DNA of 62,665 nucleotides, filler included, from Basidiobolus ranarum (Eukaryota), in assembly GCA_040143965.1 (NCBI GenBank). It is 17 parts of 17 records of this genome, joined end to end, with 100 filler letters (N's around TTAATTAATTAA, not from the genome) between each part and the next. Parts side by side here need not be neighbours in the genome. Positions count along the whole stretch, not along the records: positions 11,105 to 14,704 come from JASJQH010009267.1; positions 14,805 to 18,403 come from JASJQH010009268.1; positions 18,504 to 22,101 come from JASJQH010009269.1; positions 22,202 to 25,796 come from JASJQH010009270.1; positions 25,897 to 29,491 come from JASJQH010009271.1; 12 more parts are not named here. The stretch is one strand, 5' to 3'. The notes beneath the pieces were generated by a model. That model ran no database searches, was not told where the DNA came from, and saw only the letters and a list, made by a program, of their open reading frames with translations. This document shows positions 12,011 to 26,311 of the stretch, piece by piece. Positions within the stretch are counted from its first letter, which is position 1; each line of letters begins with the position of its first letter. A program made the translations under genes and the position numbers.

Positions 12011-14189
12011 ACTATTAGCTAAATTTAAAGCAACAAATGAAGTGCATCAGACTAGGGATCCTTACTGTAATAATGTAATGAGTAAATTTTGAGCGAAGAG
12101 GTAAATATCAAATAGTTAGATGATGCATGAGAGGGATTAACAGTAAAATAAACTTCACATGTAACAGGTCCATATCAAATCCAGTTTTATCTACGTTGAT
12201 TTATTTGCTTTGAGGTATTGAAAAGCAATCTGGTATAAAGCTCAAACTACCAGAATGCTTAAAATTCAGTGCTTATCAGTAAACAGGCCTCGGATAAAGC
12301 GTTGTTATTTGATGCTTCCAATACAAGCATTGCAATATGAAGTAATTTTGATTTTATTTATTTATTTGCATGTATCTGACTAAGAAACGAGCATTGAAAG
12401 GTTAATCTTGGGCATGCTCTATAATATATCACTTCCTTAACATATAAGCTGGCTACTGAGTTGCTATCACATGGTTTACCTGAATAACTAAGAGTATCCT
12501 AGATTTAATTTGACGAAGGAATTAAGAAAATGATTTCAATAATTGTAGATTAGTACAGGAATTTATACTAATTAGGCGAGAGAGGTACATAGTATTGCTT
12601 TCCAAGGTAAATTGGGCTAATAAACACCATAATACACGTGACAAATCAATAGTTGGGTGAAATAGCAATAACAATATCCTAAAACAAACAGCAGAGCCAA
12701 GAATTTAATATCCTCAAGGCTTTGGATTATACCAACAACTTTACCTACTGTGGCAGGAATAATGAAGTTACATATGCTTCCAAGATAGGAAACTAGAGCA
12801 ATGCGTTATAATGAATTTTGGTCAGGGCTTGGGTGTTGACTATTCCTCAATAGTTTGGTATATATACTGTATATTCTCCAGACACGTTGTTGTATCACAG
12901 TGGTCAATCCTCTCCGCATATGGAGAGTTCTGATGCTCTTGCCATAAGGTGGTCATATAGATCGAGAGAGAGATTTTTCCAGTTGATAAGACGTGTTCAT
13001 ACTTCAAGACTTATCAGTTAGCATTATAAGATTAAATGCTCCATCTAAATGCAGAGCTTCAATTCTAACTGGTCTTGCGTATTTACTTTGCTAAGACAAT
13101 AATGATGAATTTTACATTATTGAGAGTTCATTGGGCCACAGTAGAATACTTGATAAGACTGAAAGATTGGTGCTCATTATTTAGTTGAGCAAACAGAATC
13201 AGATGTGCTTCGTTACGAATATCCCCTTTGTGCTCAGTCAGCTCCCACTCCGCATTACCGATTAAAATATGTTGGAGATACCTGGACGAAAGAGTCACTC
13301 ACCATGACCAATTATCTGCAGAGTGGATTGAATCTGAATGCACCTACTCACAATAAAGGTTTTCCCAGCTGTGTAGATTATACGGTGTGAGAAGAATAGA
13401 TTATTTGGGTCAAGTATTACCTAGACCAAGCGAAGAAACAACTGGCTCTTTTCTGCTTATGAGGTCGAGAATGCAAATTTACAAAGACACTCTGAGTGGC
13501 TAAAAGATGCTTATCATGCACCCTCAAGTTGGACCTCTTGGGTGAACTCTTGAACTTCCAAACTATCGATATTTCAGAACATGTCTAGTATGAAATCTCT
13601 CCAACCGATGGTACCAGATCATCTGCTCTATTAGTCACTCGTCCTGATCGAGTGGATCCACCACCACACGGGTTCATCATTCCAGTATCTCTAGATATGG
13701 AATAAAGAGTGATCGAAAGTAGCCAGAATCTAGAGGTTTCCCTTTGGGTTAGATTTGAACGATAGCCAATCCGGTTTTCAGATTGGGATTCAGGAAATTC
13801 ATGCGGTGGCACGAAGCAAAATACATCAAGGAAGTAAAACAAACAAGCAGAAATAATTGGCGTCTGCCATGATTGGTATGGATGAGCACCCTTTCCAAAG
13901 AAGATTTCCTGTAGCCAATGATAGTATAATTCAAATCGAGCATGATTCGTGAACATCTCCCACTAAATTTATGCGTATGCATTGGAGAGGTGTTTTTTCG
14001 ATCATAGAGAGTAAAAGCATTTATTACGTTAGAATGAGTTAATATTCACACTGGAGGGATTTGGGAGACTACAAAGACCATTAATGTACAGTCAGTTTTG
14101 ACAATGTCTCGTCATGACAATAAAGAAACATCGCATCAGATAAATTTTACAACAGACAAGATAGGAAGTTTTATACCAATAACTAGGGA

Positions 14190-14704
14190 TTAAGCGGATA
14201 AGAGCTGATAGCGATGACCTTGCTGCTCAGTCTCTTGGATCTGGCCGTTTCCAAAGTATGTGGACGGAAGCAATCTCTTGAACCATTTGCTTAATCGCAA
14301 AGTAAATCCAACTTCGGTGATCGAGTTGGTAAGGAATCTGAGATGGCATTCGAAGCCAAGTGGGATGATCCAGCGCTCGTCTTCTAATTCACCTTTCTCA
14401 ACGGAGTAGGTGAATTTCCAAATGCCCTCTTCGCTACAAGTATGTAATTTACATTGATCAATGCTCAAAAAGGTTGGACCAGAAGTCAATAACGCCTCTT
14501 GGGATTGAATGTCACGTATCCGAGGGCATTGGAAGTAATCATTATGATAGAAGCGCTGCTTGACCGGTTTTTCAGTCTCGAAAGTAACGATGTCACTGTC
14601 CGGATCGTATTTCTTGATACAAAATTGGACAGTGAGACGACGTCGACCTTCTTGGTCTAATACGATCAAAGGTGAAATACTGTTTAGCCAGTTTTCAAAA
14701 TCAA
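14190..14704 (-). CDS. 3' part of a hypothetical protein (partial)
   Basis: About 170 open codons from the contig edge to TAA with protein-like composition and normal CpG. No domain recognised. Confidence 0.55.
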
Positions 14705-15428
14705 NNNNNNNNNNNNNNNNNNNNNNNNNNNNNNNNNNNNNNNNNNNNTTAATTAATTAANNNNNNNNNNNNNNNNNNNNNNNNNNNNNNNNNNNNNNNN
14801 NNNNCTTGCCTAGGGAACAGCTTGACTGAAAAGACTCTCCCAAGACTTGTTGGACTGCAGACGTACTCTCCACATGGATAAAGGGGGTTTCAGCAAAAGT
14901 CAGTAACTCACTCTGGGGCTTTCCCGGTCGCATGTGAAGTGGAAGTATCTCCCTGACAAAAGCGAACAGAAGGAGCAGTCTTGATTCAGAGCCTATATCC
15001 ATGAACACCATGATCAGTCATTAATCCGTGAAGATCTTGCCAGAAGGGGTGTATCACATCACACTAATCTCCCTAGTATATCATAAATTAACTGACTACG
15101 CACTCTTGATTCAAACGTAACGTAAACTTCCACTGCTGTCTTGAGGTGCAATCAATAAGAACGTATTCATCAATTCACTGCTTTTTTAGCCAGTCACAAA
15201 ATAGCGTGCTCCAGCAAAAGGGTGGCCATGTGATTGGCATCACAATTATATGTTTGAAAATGAATTGGGGATGTAAAACAATTGACATATATGGCTATTT
15301 TCCTCTTTCAGTTACAATTGGATCACCCTTAGAAATATCATCTGCGGTGATAAGACTTATAAGCCATCCGATTTCTAATGTTCGCCTTTTAGTTTCTCTT
15401 GAGGAACCATTCACTCTCTCTCAATCCA

Positions 15429-18340
15429 ATGCCATCCTCAAATCGGTCCCACTCACGAAGTCCAACATCGGGACTTGCCCCTTCAGACAGCCAACAAAGA
15501 TCCTCAAACCCGTCCTCGCCGATTCCTAGCGAAAATAATGAACAAATCCTAAATCCAAATAACGACAATTTAGGAACAACGGAAGAACGCTCTAAGAAGC
15601 AATCAGATAGAAATCCCGCCGTCGCCCATGGAGATCATAATGAAGATACTTCGTCTGATGCTAACCAGGTTTCTACAGATAACATGCCTGGCCACGAAGG
15701 TGAGGGTGTAGAAGAGCAGTCATCAATACAACCATCCTCAAACAAAGCTCAGGAAGAAAACCTCAGTAGAGATGGCAAAAAGTATGGGTCTACCGCTGGA
15801 AAGTATACTCAAAATGAAACAGATGTAGATACACAAGGCAACACCGAAAATACGCCTCTTCTGGGTGATGCTAGCGGAAGTGGAGAGCATCTGAGTGAAC
15901 TTGATCGGATCAGGCAAAATGGACGTGTCCGGGATCTACCAAAAGAGTACGCCGAAAGCATACAAAAATGGTGGCAAAACCTCCGCCCTCTATGGCGATG
16001 GATTATCATCGCGCTAGCTATTCTTATTGCTCAACTCCTCCTCTTTGCGCTAGCAATACGGCTAATCGGTCCCAGTGCAACAGAAGATATTTTGAGAGCT
16101 GCTAAACTAACATTTGAATCCACTACTATATCTGAGTTACGACCTTTATCTTTCCTGGTTACCGCCAATGCCTCTATTTCAAATCTTCCCGATTACGCAC
16201 TAATATCAGAACCCACCACTCTAGATGTATTGTATCACGATAGGATTCTAGGCAAAATCAACATCCCAGAAACGACATTGGGACCCAGCTCAAATTGGTT
16301 CATGATCGACTCGCCTCTATACACTCAAGACCCTGAGCTTTTTAGCGACTTTGCAACTGAACTAATGACCTCTGAGAGCCTAACCTGGAGCTTGGTGGGC
16401 AATTTGAGTTTGCGAGCTAGAGGATCGAGAGTGGAAAATTTCCCTTTCAGAAAAGACATTGGCTTGAAAGGTATATTTATTGATGATTGATTCGGGTAAT
16501 GACAATCCTGGGCTAACCTTCTTATAACAATTAGGCTTGAAAGGGATTCGAGATTTGACCATGTTATCGCTGGATCTGTCTGCCCATAGGCCTGATGGAG
16601 ACGTCCATTTAGATACGGTGATTTCGTTATTCAATCCCTCCAATGTCACCTTGTACCCTGGTGACATACCATTTGGCATATTTTATGAGCAAGTCAAATT
16701 GGCCCAGGTTTCTACAAAATCTATAACCCTAGCGCCAGGACCTAATAACATCACTTTGTCAGGGAAAATCTTCCCATATTCAGAGGATGATATTGAAATT
16801 GTTTCTGAGTTTGTAACTCGCTATTTGAAAGGAGAAAAAACCCTGGTAAATATCCGTGGTTTAGGAGCCTATACTACCGTACCATGGCTGGTCAACGCCA
16901 TACAGGGAATACAAGCGTCCGTTCCCGTTTCCGGATGGTCCGACAGAGCGTTCATAAGTGATGTTAAGCTACAGGAATTGAGCAGCGAGTTTTTTGAATC
17001 AAAGCAAACACCAATTATAGGCGGCTCTATCCAAGCAAAGGTTAAATTACCCACATCGTTTCCAATGGAGGTCAAGTATATATCGCAATATTCAGAAGTA
17101 TGTGTTTATCAGCATACCATTGGGGAGAAGGGTAATAAGTGTATACCATTCGCCAAGTTAGCTTTGCTATCCATCCCAGTAAAAAACACGATTAAAGGAG
17201 ACTTGATCACCATCTCTGCAGACTTTAGGCGAGTCCCCCTGGTTCCGCTAAAAGACAAGGAGCTCTTTAACTACGTGGTAAAGAGGCTATTCATTAGTGA
17301 CAAGGGCTTATTTGGAATCTCTGGTGAGACCACAGTGTCAATCGAGACTACAGTGGGGATTATTGATCTGGATTTGAGCGAATTTGAACGAGATTTCACA
17401 CTCATCGGTTAGTTTGAACAATGCATGATTATCAGTATTGCAATAACCTAAAATCGATTCTTTGACTAGGATTATCTGATTTACAGAACAGACCTCCAGT
17501 TATTAAGAAAACAGAGATCGTTAACAAGAAAGCTGATCTTACATTTGAATCGGAGGTGAAATTTTACAACCCAGGCAAACTGATCTCCAGCTGGGGGACA
17601 TTGATGTTCGATATCGTTTCGGATGGCATCAATATTGGCCAGATAATCGTACCAGAGCTTCGAATGAATCCGGGCGAGAACTATATATCCTGCGTCGGGC
17701 GTCTATTTGTTACTGATGATGAACAAGTCAATAGCACTATTAGATCTTTATTTAACAATTATATTTCTGGTAAGCTAGCGTTCAACATGGCTAACTCCAT
17801 ACATTCGGGATCAATTAATAACACCATGATTTAGGGGCAGAAACTACGTTCAGTGTGGTTGGAAATGAGCACTCTACCGAGATTCCGATGCTGTTGGATA
17901 CATTCAGAGATTTTTCTAGCGTTTTCACGATTCCCGGTTCCTCGTCAGATTTAATCTCTAATTCAGTATTTCACATGATGTTCGGTACTTTCACTACAGA
18001 TATCCAGAATCCTATGCAATCAGCCCCGTTGACCATTAAATACGTCAGTGCAACGGTATTTATTGACGAGGAGCCAATTGCACAGATCGACACTAATCTG
18101 CAGGATTCGTGGTGGCTAGCACCCATGGTTTTACCGCCTGGAAAGTCCATAAAGACCCCCAAACTTCCTTTGGTGTTCAACTCGGCTGGATATAAACAAA
18201 TACGAGAATCTCTAGACAAAACTTTGGCAGTCGAGATAGTGGCTCAGGTACTTGTGGAGGTCAACGAAGTCGAGATGTGGCTCGACTATCAAGAGGATGG
18301 TGTACCTGTCTTGCTCGATGGGTGGCTCCCCCAGAACTAA
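15429..18340 (+). CDS. Tag1/DUF3712-like single-pass (probably vacuolar) membrane protein
   Basis: Exons 15429-16470, 16535-17407, 17470-17769, 17835-18340 (GT-AG, phases consistent). Disordered N-terminus, dileucine signal ENTPLL, TM helix WIIIALAILIAQLLLFALAI, repeated LEA2-like units (NPSNVTLYPGDIPF...LAPGPN; NPGKLISSWGTLMF...MNPGEN). Start codon uncertain. Confidence 0.75.
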
Positions 18341-19559
18341 TTCACATTTGATACCCCGAGTCTCAGATCAACTCTTGTCTAATGAGTTCGACCTGATGTT
18401 TACNNNNNNNNNNNNNNNNNNNNNNNNNNNNNNNNNNNNNNNNNNNNTTAATTAATTAANNNNNNNNNNNNNNNNNNNNNNNNNNNNNNNNNNNNNNNNN
18501 NNNGATAATCTGATCAGACTCCTCAGAATGGTGTAGCCAACATGCACTGAAGCCAATCAACATCTATCTTAGATTCATCACCGCCTGGCTAATCTGATGC
18601 ATGCAAAATAATACCCAGAGGTTTTAACTTCTCTAGAGAAACAAGGCTGTTTGATTCATATTTAATAGCGCTACGAAGGCGGTGGAGGCCGCCATGACCG
18701 TGCTGCTAGAAAATAACGCGATTCATGCCTAGATGTGGGTATGCGTATTAGTTGATGATGGCGAGTAAAAAATCTGATTTCATGCCAACCAAGATTAATG
18801 TTTTATTTATAATACACACCAGTTAGGCGTTGATTTAAACATCAGTTACCCATCTCCTTTTTGGCAGTTAGACACACCTTATCTCCTATATACACAAAGG
18901 CTGATTGACACCAGCATCATCAGAATAAAAACCGTTCCTTCAGTAGGTAATGAAACCAAATCTCACAAAACCTGTTCCTTATAGGCGAACGATTTATCTA
19001 CTAATGAAATAAATAGAGACACCAGTAACAAGGATCAATTTGAAACCCTCAAGACTATGAAGTTGAATATGGCAATGATAACAGTTCACTGTTCATATTT
19101 GGAGATTTACAAGGTCACCCGCCATGTCACACAAGTTACTAGGGTTGTATGTAGCGGCAGTGGACGGATTTCATTGATGTAGCCCTGGTATAAACGAGAT
19201 ATTATGTAATGGACAGCATTTTCAGCAAGGAAGCATCGATCGCTGGCACCACACCGGTACCTGCGGGCGTCTATGGCTTCCCAATGCGAAGCCGTGGAAT
19301 ACGCAACACAGGTGATTTCATTTTGCGTAGTGATGAAATGCACCAAGAGAATAAGCTTCGTACACTTAATACGTTGCAAAAAGTTTCTGGATACGTTCGG
19401 TGTAATCCACTGCTCAAATCTACACTACTCTTCTAATAGGGACAAAGTAACCCATCATGCTGCGAGTTTATTATCCTTCTGGATAATTCACATTTTACTA
19501 TAAATATCATGAAGTTGAAAAGTAGTGCATATATTTAGCATATAGATGTTAGTTATGCC

Positions 19560-19850
19560 AGAATTTATAAAGTTGTTCTTGAATTTTGGAATTTACCACA
19601 ATATTCCCAGGATGGCTCATACAGTCCCATCAATATCCTGAATTCAACCTTGTTTTTCTTAAACATAACTTTATTTCTAGGTAATAGATTAGCCTTCTTT
19701 GTGCCTATAATTGTGTATTTGTAGAAGTATTTCGGGAGTTTGTAATAGTTTTGTCAACTTTCTACTCATTAAATCAATAAGTGAAAACCACCAATTTCTC
19801 TAATTCTCCAAACCACTTCCAACAGGCTCTCAAATACTTTACCATATATT
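19560..19850 (+). repeat. Degraded LTR family B fragment
   Basis: 19753-19843 tgtcaactttctactcattaaatcaataagtgaaaaccacc...aacaggctctcaaatacttt matches the family B 3' end. Confidence 0.7.
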
Positions 19851-21926
19851 ACCACAAGTAGTGGTTATAAGATTAGATACTACTTTGATAGAGTTAAGTA
19901 TGTTGTAGAATGGGTGAGCATTGTGGGTTAGGGTACTGTGAGTATATATCAATTATGCTTGGGTAACTGGTTCATAGTATTTGGCTATCATAATAGATTT
20001 TGGTAACGACTGAAGTAATATTTTTCTAATCTGTATTTTAAAGTATACAACAAGCATGGATAATATCAAAGAAAAGGAAGTTTCACTTGCAATATATCTA
20101 TATTATGGAAAGTACAATACGCAATATTGAGCATTATGTAGATGTGCAACATAAATGTGAATAATACAAATCATAACATTATTGTGCATACTAAGTGAAG
20201 AAAAAGCCCAATCGAAGGCGCATGTTAACCACAACAATAGTCTCGAGATCAAGTGAACCTTTTTTATGCAAGTTAAATTGGAAATTCATGGGAATCTCAT
20301 TGACTAACGGACAAGAATCAATTAGATTTAGGCTACAGCTACTTGCATAATCTTGTGCATGCCAAATAGGACACTGTTAAAATCCAACATGTTTCTTCAC
20401 TTACTGCTGATGTAGTCAGTGAAGACTACACTGCTTGATGGATTTCTTTTCTCTTAAAGTTACAAAGGTTTGAGCTGAAATGCGCGTAAATATCATTAAC
20501 AAGAGTGAATAATTGTGAATTAAGCCCTAATAACAATATATAGGTCCCAGCATATCTCTTCATAATTGCCGAGTGAAAGTACCTATGGTCCATGCACAAG
20601 TTATAGGTTCAAATCATGCAATAAAATAAGTAAAACTTAAACAGGTTTGACGTGTTCCCTACCGCTCAAGATATATTTCAGGTGCAAAGCATTATTAACC
20701 CTAACTCTTCAGTACTATTTTACGAAACTTTTCTAAATGGAAATTTTTTGAATCTAACTACGGCTAAATTCAAGAGCATTTATTTCATCTTATGATTGGT
20801 GAGAATGCTGTTTAGATAGACATGCACACCGCTTGAGCGCCCTACTAAACCACGAATTAACAAATAGTACAAATCCCTGTGTAAAGAAATTGTGCGAGGC
20901 CACCTATACTACCAATTCCACGAATCAGAAAGACGCGCAATGATCTTATGAAATTCCACCCAAAATGACTGTGGTAAGTCCTCTTTTGCAGCTTGTACTT
21001 CGGAAATCCAAGGATATCTATTGTGTTCCTGTTTAGGCATATGTGTCTAAGTAGCTTCCCTTATGGTGTGGGGAATAACTCAGTATGACGAGGTTTTCGA
21101 TTATCCAAAATGGTACCGAAGGAATAACTGTCACTGATTGGCCATTCTGTAGTATAGGTGGCCTCGCACAGATTCTAAATTGGGCATTCAGAGGATATGT
21201 TTTAGATTATTTCCAAGTTGGCTCCTGCATATCAATATCCACTTGCCAAAAGAGTACTCGCAAGCATTAACGTTTACTAATATTGGGTATGGCGTGAAGT
21301 TCTCTCATTGGAGCCTTCATTATAGTCAGGGAAACTCCTGAGAAAACCCCCGAGAGGCCACTATGTAAGTGGCTGATTTGTGTCTTCCCAATATTTCACG
21401 AAAATTCATAATTCTTAGGTAATCACTAAAATGAACAATCCTAGCGCTATTGGCAAATTGGGTATTTTTCCAAGATCATGTCAACCCTCTCCGCTTTGGA
21501 CTAAAATGGCGAGTCGACGTCTAATGTTCACAATGGGCGCTGTTCCGGTCGGGTATTCCTTACCTTGTGCGTTCTATGGTAAAACCTACGAGAATCTCTT
21601 TGGCACTAGTGAATCTCCGCCTTAGATGCCCTATTTTAATAGCTTCATCTAGCTAGTAACACCTATCACTATATATGTGTACACAATGTAGACCGGGTCG
21701 TTCATAATTTACAGCTGCATTTATTTACATGATGAGAGAAATGAAAGAGAGGTATGGAATGAAGAAGGAAGAAGCAGTGGAATCTACTTCAACTTGTAAA
21801 AGTGTCATGGATGTAAAAGTCACAACATCCATGGAACGAATTGTAATATATTGAGAGATAAGTGTCCTTTGGTGTAAACAAAAATAAAATATAAGAATGA
21901 TAAAGTTAATGCGCCCAGTAATAACT

Positions 21927-22100
21927 TCAGGTGGACTCTGTGGTGAGTTGTGTTTGATGAGAAACGAGGGCATCTTCCAGTAATTTGGTTCTCTTATCAA
22001 AGAAACTGTGCCATGTCTTCAACTCAGTATAAGAGAGGTGTGCTAGGGTTTCCTCGAAGCGTGATTCATTGAAATCGAAAAGAGGGTTTAAGGATTGTTG
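21927..22100 (-). CDS. 3' end of a hypothetical protein gene (partial, not in ORF track)
   Basis: Open from the contig edge: QQSLNPLFDFNESRFEETLAHLSYTELKTWHSFFDKRTKLLEDALVSHQTQLTTEST*. Confidence 0.4.
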   Translation of the reverse strand, partial: QQSLNPLFDFNESRFEETLAHLSYTELKTWHSFFDKRTKLLEDALVSHQTQLTTEST

Positions 22101-22201
22101 GNNNNNNNNNNNNNNNNNNNNNNNNNNNNNNNNNNNNNNNNNNNNTTAATTAATTAANNNNNNNNNNNNNNNNNNNNNNNNNNNNNNNNNNNNNNNNNNN
22201 N

Positions 22202-22361
22202 CAATGGGGGGTTTTTTCTTCTTCTTTCTATCTGAGCGCTCAAATAGATTTTTAAATCGTCGCTGCAGCTTTGTTGATCCCTCAGAATTCCTCTCGGCTT
22301 TACTGGAATGGTACAGCTGTGGCCCATCTGATGTTGCGTTTTGAATGCTTAGGTCGGACAT
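22202..22361 (-). CDS. 5' end of a hypothetical protein gene (partial)
   Basis: ATG in ACATCATG context, open to the contig edge, basic NLS-like RKKKKK. Confidence 0.4.
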
Positions 22362-25188
22362 GATGTGTGAATGCTACTGAAATACCTATTCTAGGCACTC
22401 CAATCGAACGACAAGCCGCGCAAATCAATCGTGCAAAGATATACTGAGATGAGAAGTATCTTCAGCCCAGGGGTGTTGAGGAAATGGTACAAACGAACTC
22501 TTTTTAACAAATCACACAGGAGGGCAAAAGCTAATAAGTAGTATGGTAATTATAAAAACTGGGTATAGGGTATGATCCCCCGAGTTTATATATGTTTGGC
22601 TAGATTGAGGTGACCTCGGTGTCAACACCCACCCAGGATGAAACATGGATCTGGTTGATACTGCTGTGGCTGGGTAATTGGGGATTCTTTCTCCGACGAG
22701 AAATCATTTGATCAAATACTAAATGAAAACCCAAAGCAAAAGTTACAACTCTGGAAAGAAGCCAGCCAGAGCTCTCGATGCGTGTATCAAGGGAATCCTG
22801 CGCGAACCAAGCATATTGAGGGTGAATGTTGAGGAGATCTGGAACGAGTGACGAGTTGTTTCGGACTATGCACACAGGCATTGGTTTAACTCGATTGCTT
22901 CACAGTTACCCATAAGCCAGCACTGATTGGCCACCAGGAAATATTAAAAATGAAGATGCGAAACCAAGGTGTAATCCATAATTCTCTCATAAAATTAGGC
23001 CAATCATCTGGTTGTCGATGAAATTTGACTTACCTCTAAGGCTCCTGATCGATCCAGCTCATACGGTATATGGAGAGTGGTAAAATCTGTTTCAATTTAA
23101 CTTAACAATCAACGCAAATGAGCGAATTGAATAAAATCCCGGAATTCTTTGAGTCATTTCCTCCAGTGGGGATTGGGAATCAAAAAAAAAAGTCAAGATT
23201 TAATTTAATGTCAATGAATGTCCCAATGGCTGTCGACATTCCACTACACGATGGACGTTGAGCTTCCTGACGTTGTCGCGGGAGGAGTAGAGTGAGGTGG
23301 GGTGAAGAAGGTGCTCATTAGTGACCACTACCAGTAGCAGAGCATTAACAGAAGCGTAGTTCAGATCACCTGCATTAGAACGTACCCTAACATATGCCTT
23401 ATTACGACGTTTTGGACAATCCAATGTAATCGATGACTGCATGTCTTGGTAATCCTTACCGCTTGCTCCTCAGAGCATGTCGGAATCCCAGGCGGGGCCT
23501 TTGTGAAATGGTGAGTCGTTCAGCTGTATCTGTTTCGTAAGAGAGCTAAACGAGGAGATGATTGGCAAGCGGCCAGCAACCTAGGACTTTAGCGCTGCAG
23601 TTCAACTCAGTATTTGTCACGTCAGGATGAGGTTTGTATTGGCTCAACAATGCCATCAAATCGGTTCATTAAGTCATCGTAACATAATCGACAATGCTAA
23701 GATTTGTTACTTATCTATTACTAATCCGGAGTCGATTTAATGCTGTGTTTGAATCAGGAGGTCAACACCATCGATAAAGAGCAATCAAACCCGACAACGG
23801 GAGAATCCGCTCACCCGAAATATCGTGACAAATGGACTCACCATGTTGATCTAAATGTACCACACGGTAGTTGGACTCACATCACTCGCATGCCACGTCA
23901 GTGCTATCTTGTAGCTAATCACTACCATATCATGGTAAATGGCGAGTCACTGACTGGGGGTTGACCAGGCTCGATTAAGGCCCAGCACTCAAAAGACAAC
24001 CATAGCAATGGCTACAGCTTATTGACAACTATTACGACTGGTGCTTATATCCCGGGGAGCTGTATCCATTGGAGTTGCTCCTACGAAGTCACAGATATTC
24101 CAAACCAGTGACAAGAATCATAGACATTCTAGCTTAGTTTGGGTATCGTTGCAGGGTATGAACTATACAAAGTAGAAGATCGTTCATCCTGGTTACACAC
24201 AAGAAGTTCAAAGAGTGTAAGCATGTGCAGAGATAATTGCATACAAGTTCTATGTCGGCTTGGCCATCCAATTGGAACTGGGGGATGGAGACATTACTGA
24301 TCATGACTTCTCTCCAAATTCTTCGTGCAATTACCAACATATCTACACGAGACAGCTTTGCAAAGGCATTTGGTTTTCCCTATATTTTACAGATATGAGG
24401 GTCTTCCCAGTAACCTTTTAATTACGCCTCATCGACAGTCAAATGAAGTTCCAAGTAGTCTCGCAAATCGAAAACATCACAGTAGTTGTAATGATATTAT
24501 ACCAGATAAATAAACTGGTGGATTGGAGGGGTTTCTATGCCCCAATGACGTTTCTTCGCGCATGTTTATTAACGATACTTACGGTATTTCTTGATGTCGC
24601 CTTTTCTGCAGAACCCTATATAACTCTATTCGGCGGTGATAAGCTATCCAGAACTTCACACTACCGTTCTAGTGTGGGAATTGGTGACTGCGATGATAAA
24701 CCAGTTCCAAGTCCAGTCAGAGCCAATATTTCGATTCATGAATGTACATCTAGGCTACATTAAATCTTTGCCAGTCAGTGACTCACTTGCTATTCGTATA
24801 AAACACATGTTTCTCACCATACACTTGAGAAAGGCAAGCAAAAAACACTGATCAACAGTGCTATGTTGATGGGAATAAAGTGGTGCCATCTACGTATTGA
24901 TTCCTTTGATATCAGGTGTCAATCTCCACTAGATATTGTACATATATTTTTGACACCAGCTATGTGTGCTTACATCATTTAGGGCTCATAAACATACCAA
25001 CCGAGGATACAAAATGGCTAATGGATTGCATCGATTGTTTATTTTAATGCGTGGATCTTATAGCCTGTGTTGCTGGCATTTTAATCTCAACTGCTGCTTT
25101 TAATGTAGCACTCAATGTCTGAATCGATGATAACATCAAAGAAAACAGTGAGGGATCAAGAGAACGCTCCAGACCAATAGATCTCGTC

Positions 25189-25796
25189 TCAAGGTAGTTT
25201 CCATGTCAATACTTCGGTCAAAGTCTTAATCATTTCGTGATTATTGGCACTCATATTTTCGAACTTCACCGGGTTTCTCTCTATGTATAGAGCATGAAGA
25301 CCAGCTTGTTTGGCGGCTATATAATCTTTTGCATAATCATCACCTACGTGAAGAGTTTCTAGGGGACTAACCTTGGCAATATCCACCGCATGATGAAATA
25401 TTTTTGGTGCAGGTTTTTCTTCGCCAAACTCCGAGCTTGTGATGACAAAGTCAAATTCTTGTAATATTCCTAGGGAATCCATAACCTCAGTCACTCTCTC
25501 GTCGCAATTTGTTATCACTCCCAACTTGACGTTGGACTTATTCTAGTCTTTCAGTAAAGGCTTTGTATCGTTGAAAAGTTCGTATCCCGCTGAAGAGTTA
25601 AACCCATCGTAGATTACCTTGAAGGCATCATCAATAATGGGACTCAATGTTTCTTTCTTCACACCAGCTCCCAAGAAGGTACTTTTGACCACTGCTCTCC
25701 ACCAATCTTTACTTTCTATCCCGTGGTTTTTTCCATAATTCGGGAAGCGTTCTGCTTGTTGTTGAAAAGCCTGTTTGAAACGCTTGGCCATAACTG
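25189..25796 (-). CDS. HAD-superfamily hydrolase (HDHD3/REG-2-like), 5' truncated, with one in-frame TAG at 25543-25545
   Basis: FPNYG...WWRAVV...LLKD*NKSNVKLGVITNCDER...SSEFGEEKPAPKIF...LHVGDDYAKDYIAAKQAG (HAD motifs II-IV). The two track ORFs are one frame separated by a single TAG. Confidence 0.85.
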
Positions 25797-25896
25797 NNNN
25801 NNNNNNNNNNNNNNNNNNNNNNNNNNNNNNNNNNNNNNNNTTAATTAATTAANNNNNNNNNNNNNNNNNNNNNNNNNNNNNNNNNNNNNNNNNNNN

Positions 25897-26311
25897 ATTG
25901 CTGCAGAGTTAGTAGTGGAACCATCATCGAAAAATCCAAGGGATTGCCCAATTTGGGGGTTTGTGAAAATATTGGATGAGGACGTACGATCTATACAATG
26001 AACTCTAGTATCAGGTGTGCAGTTTGGTCCGGAGTGTACAGTGAATCCAATCGGATCTTCAGCTATTCTAGCAGTATATACTAATATCATGCTTCGAATA
26101 TTTACACAATCCCCATGGTTTCCTTTGACTTTGTAAACGTGACCACCATCAAGCTCCACCACCTCTGTTCAACAACATGATGTTTAGAAAAACCTGTCTA
26201 CCTTTAAGAAATAGGTAATTGTAGACGGTACTTACGTGCAGTGCCCGCAGAAACCGACAGAATTGAAGTGGCCAGCAATATACTAGTACCAATTAATCGA
26301 GAATACATCAT
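25897..26311 (-). CDS. Small secreted Cys-containing protein, paralog A (3' truncated)
   Basis: Exon 1 26311-26236 (signal peptide MMYSRLIGTSILLATSILSVSAG), GTAAGT...CAG intron, exon 2 from 26164. Near-identical to paralog B. Confidence 0.75.

Noticed and set aside
13200-13990. ORFs 13205-13390, 13585-13956 and 13749-13982
   Set aside because: No recognisable motif or splice structure. Possibly pseudogene debris, but not supportable.
14805-15011. Possible 5' end of a gene divergent from the Tag1-like gene
   Set aside because: Short frame open to the contig edge with no recognisable feature.
19100-21630. Scattered short ORFs (19209-19436, 21085-21270, 21431-21625)
   Set aside because: No domain evidence. 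Lengths are compatible with chance.
23440-23660. GC-richer stretch as a possible structured ncRNA
   Set aside because: No RNase P/MRP, snRNA or SRP consensus recognised. CCAAT and TGACGT motifs suggest promoter DNA.
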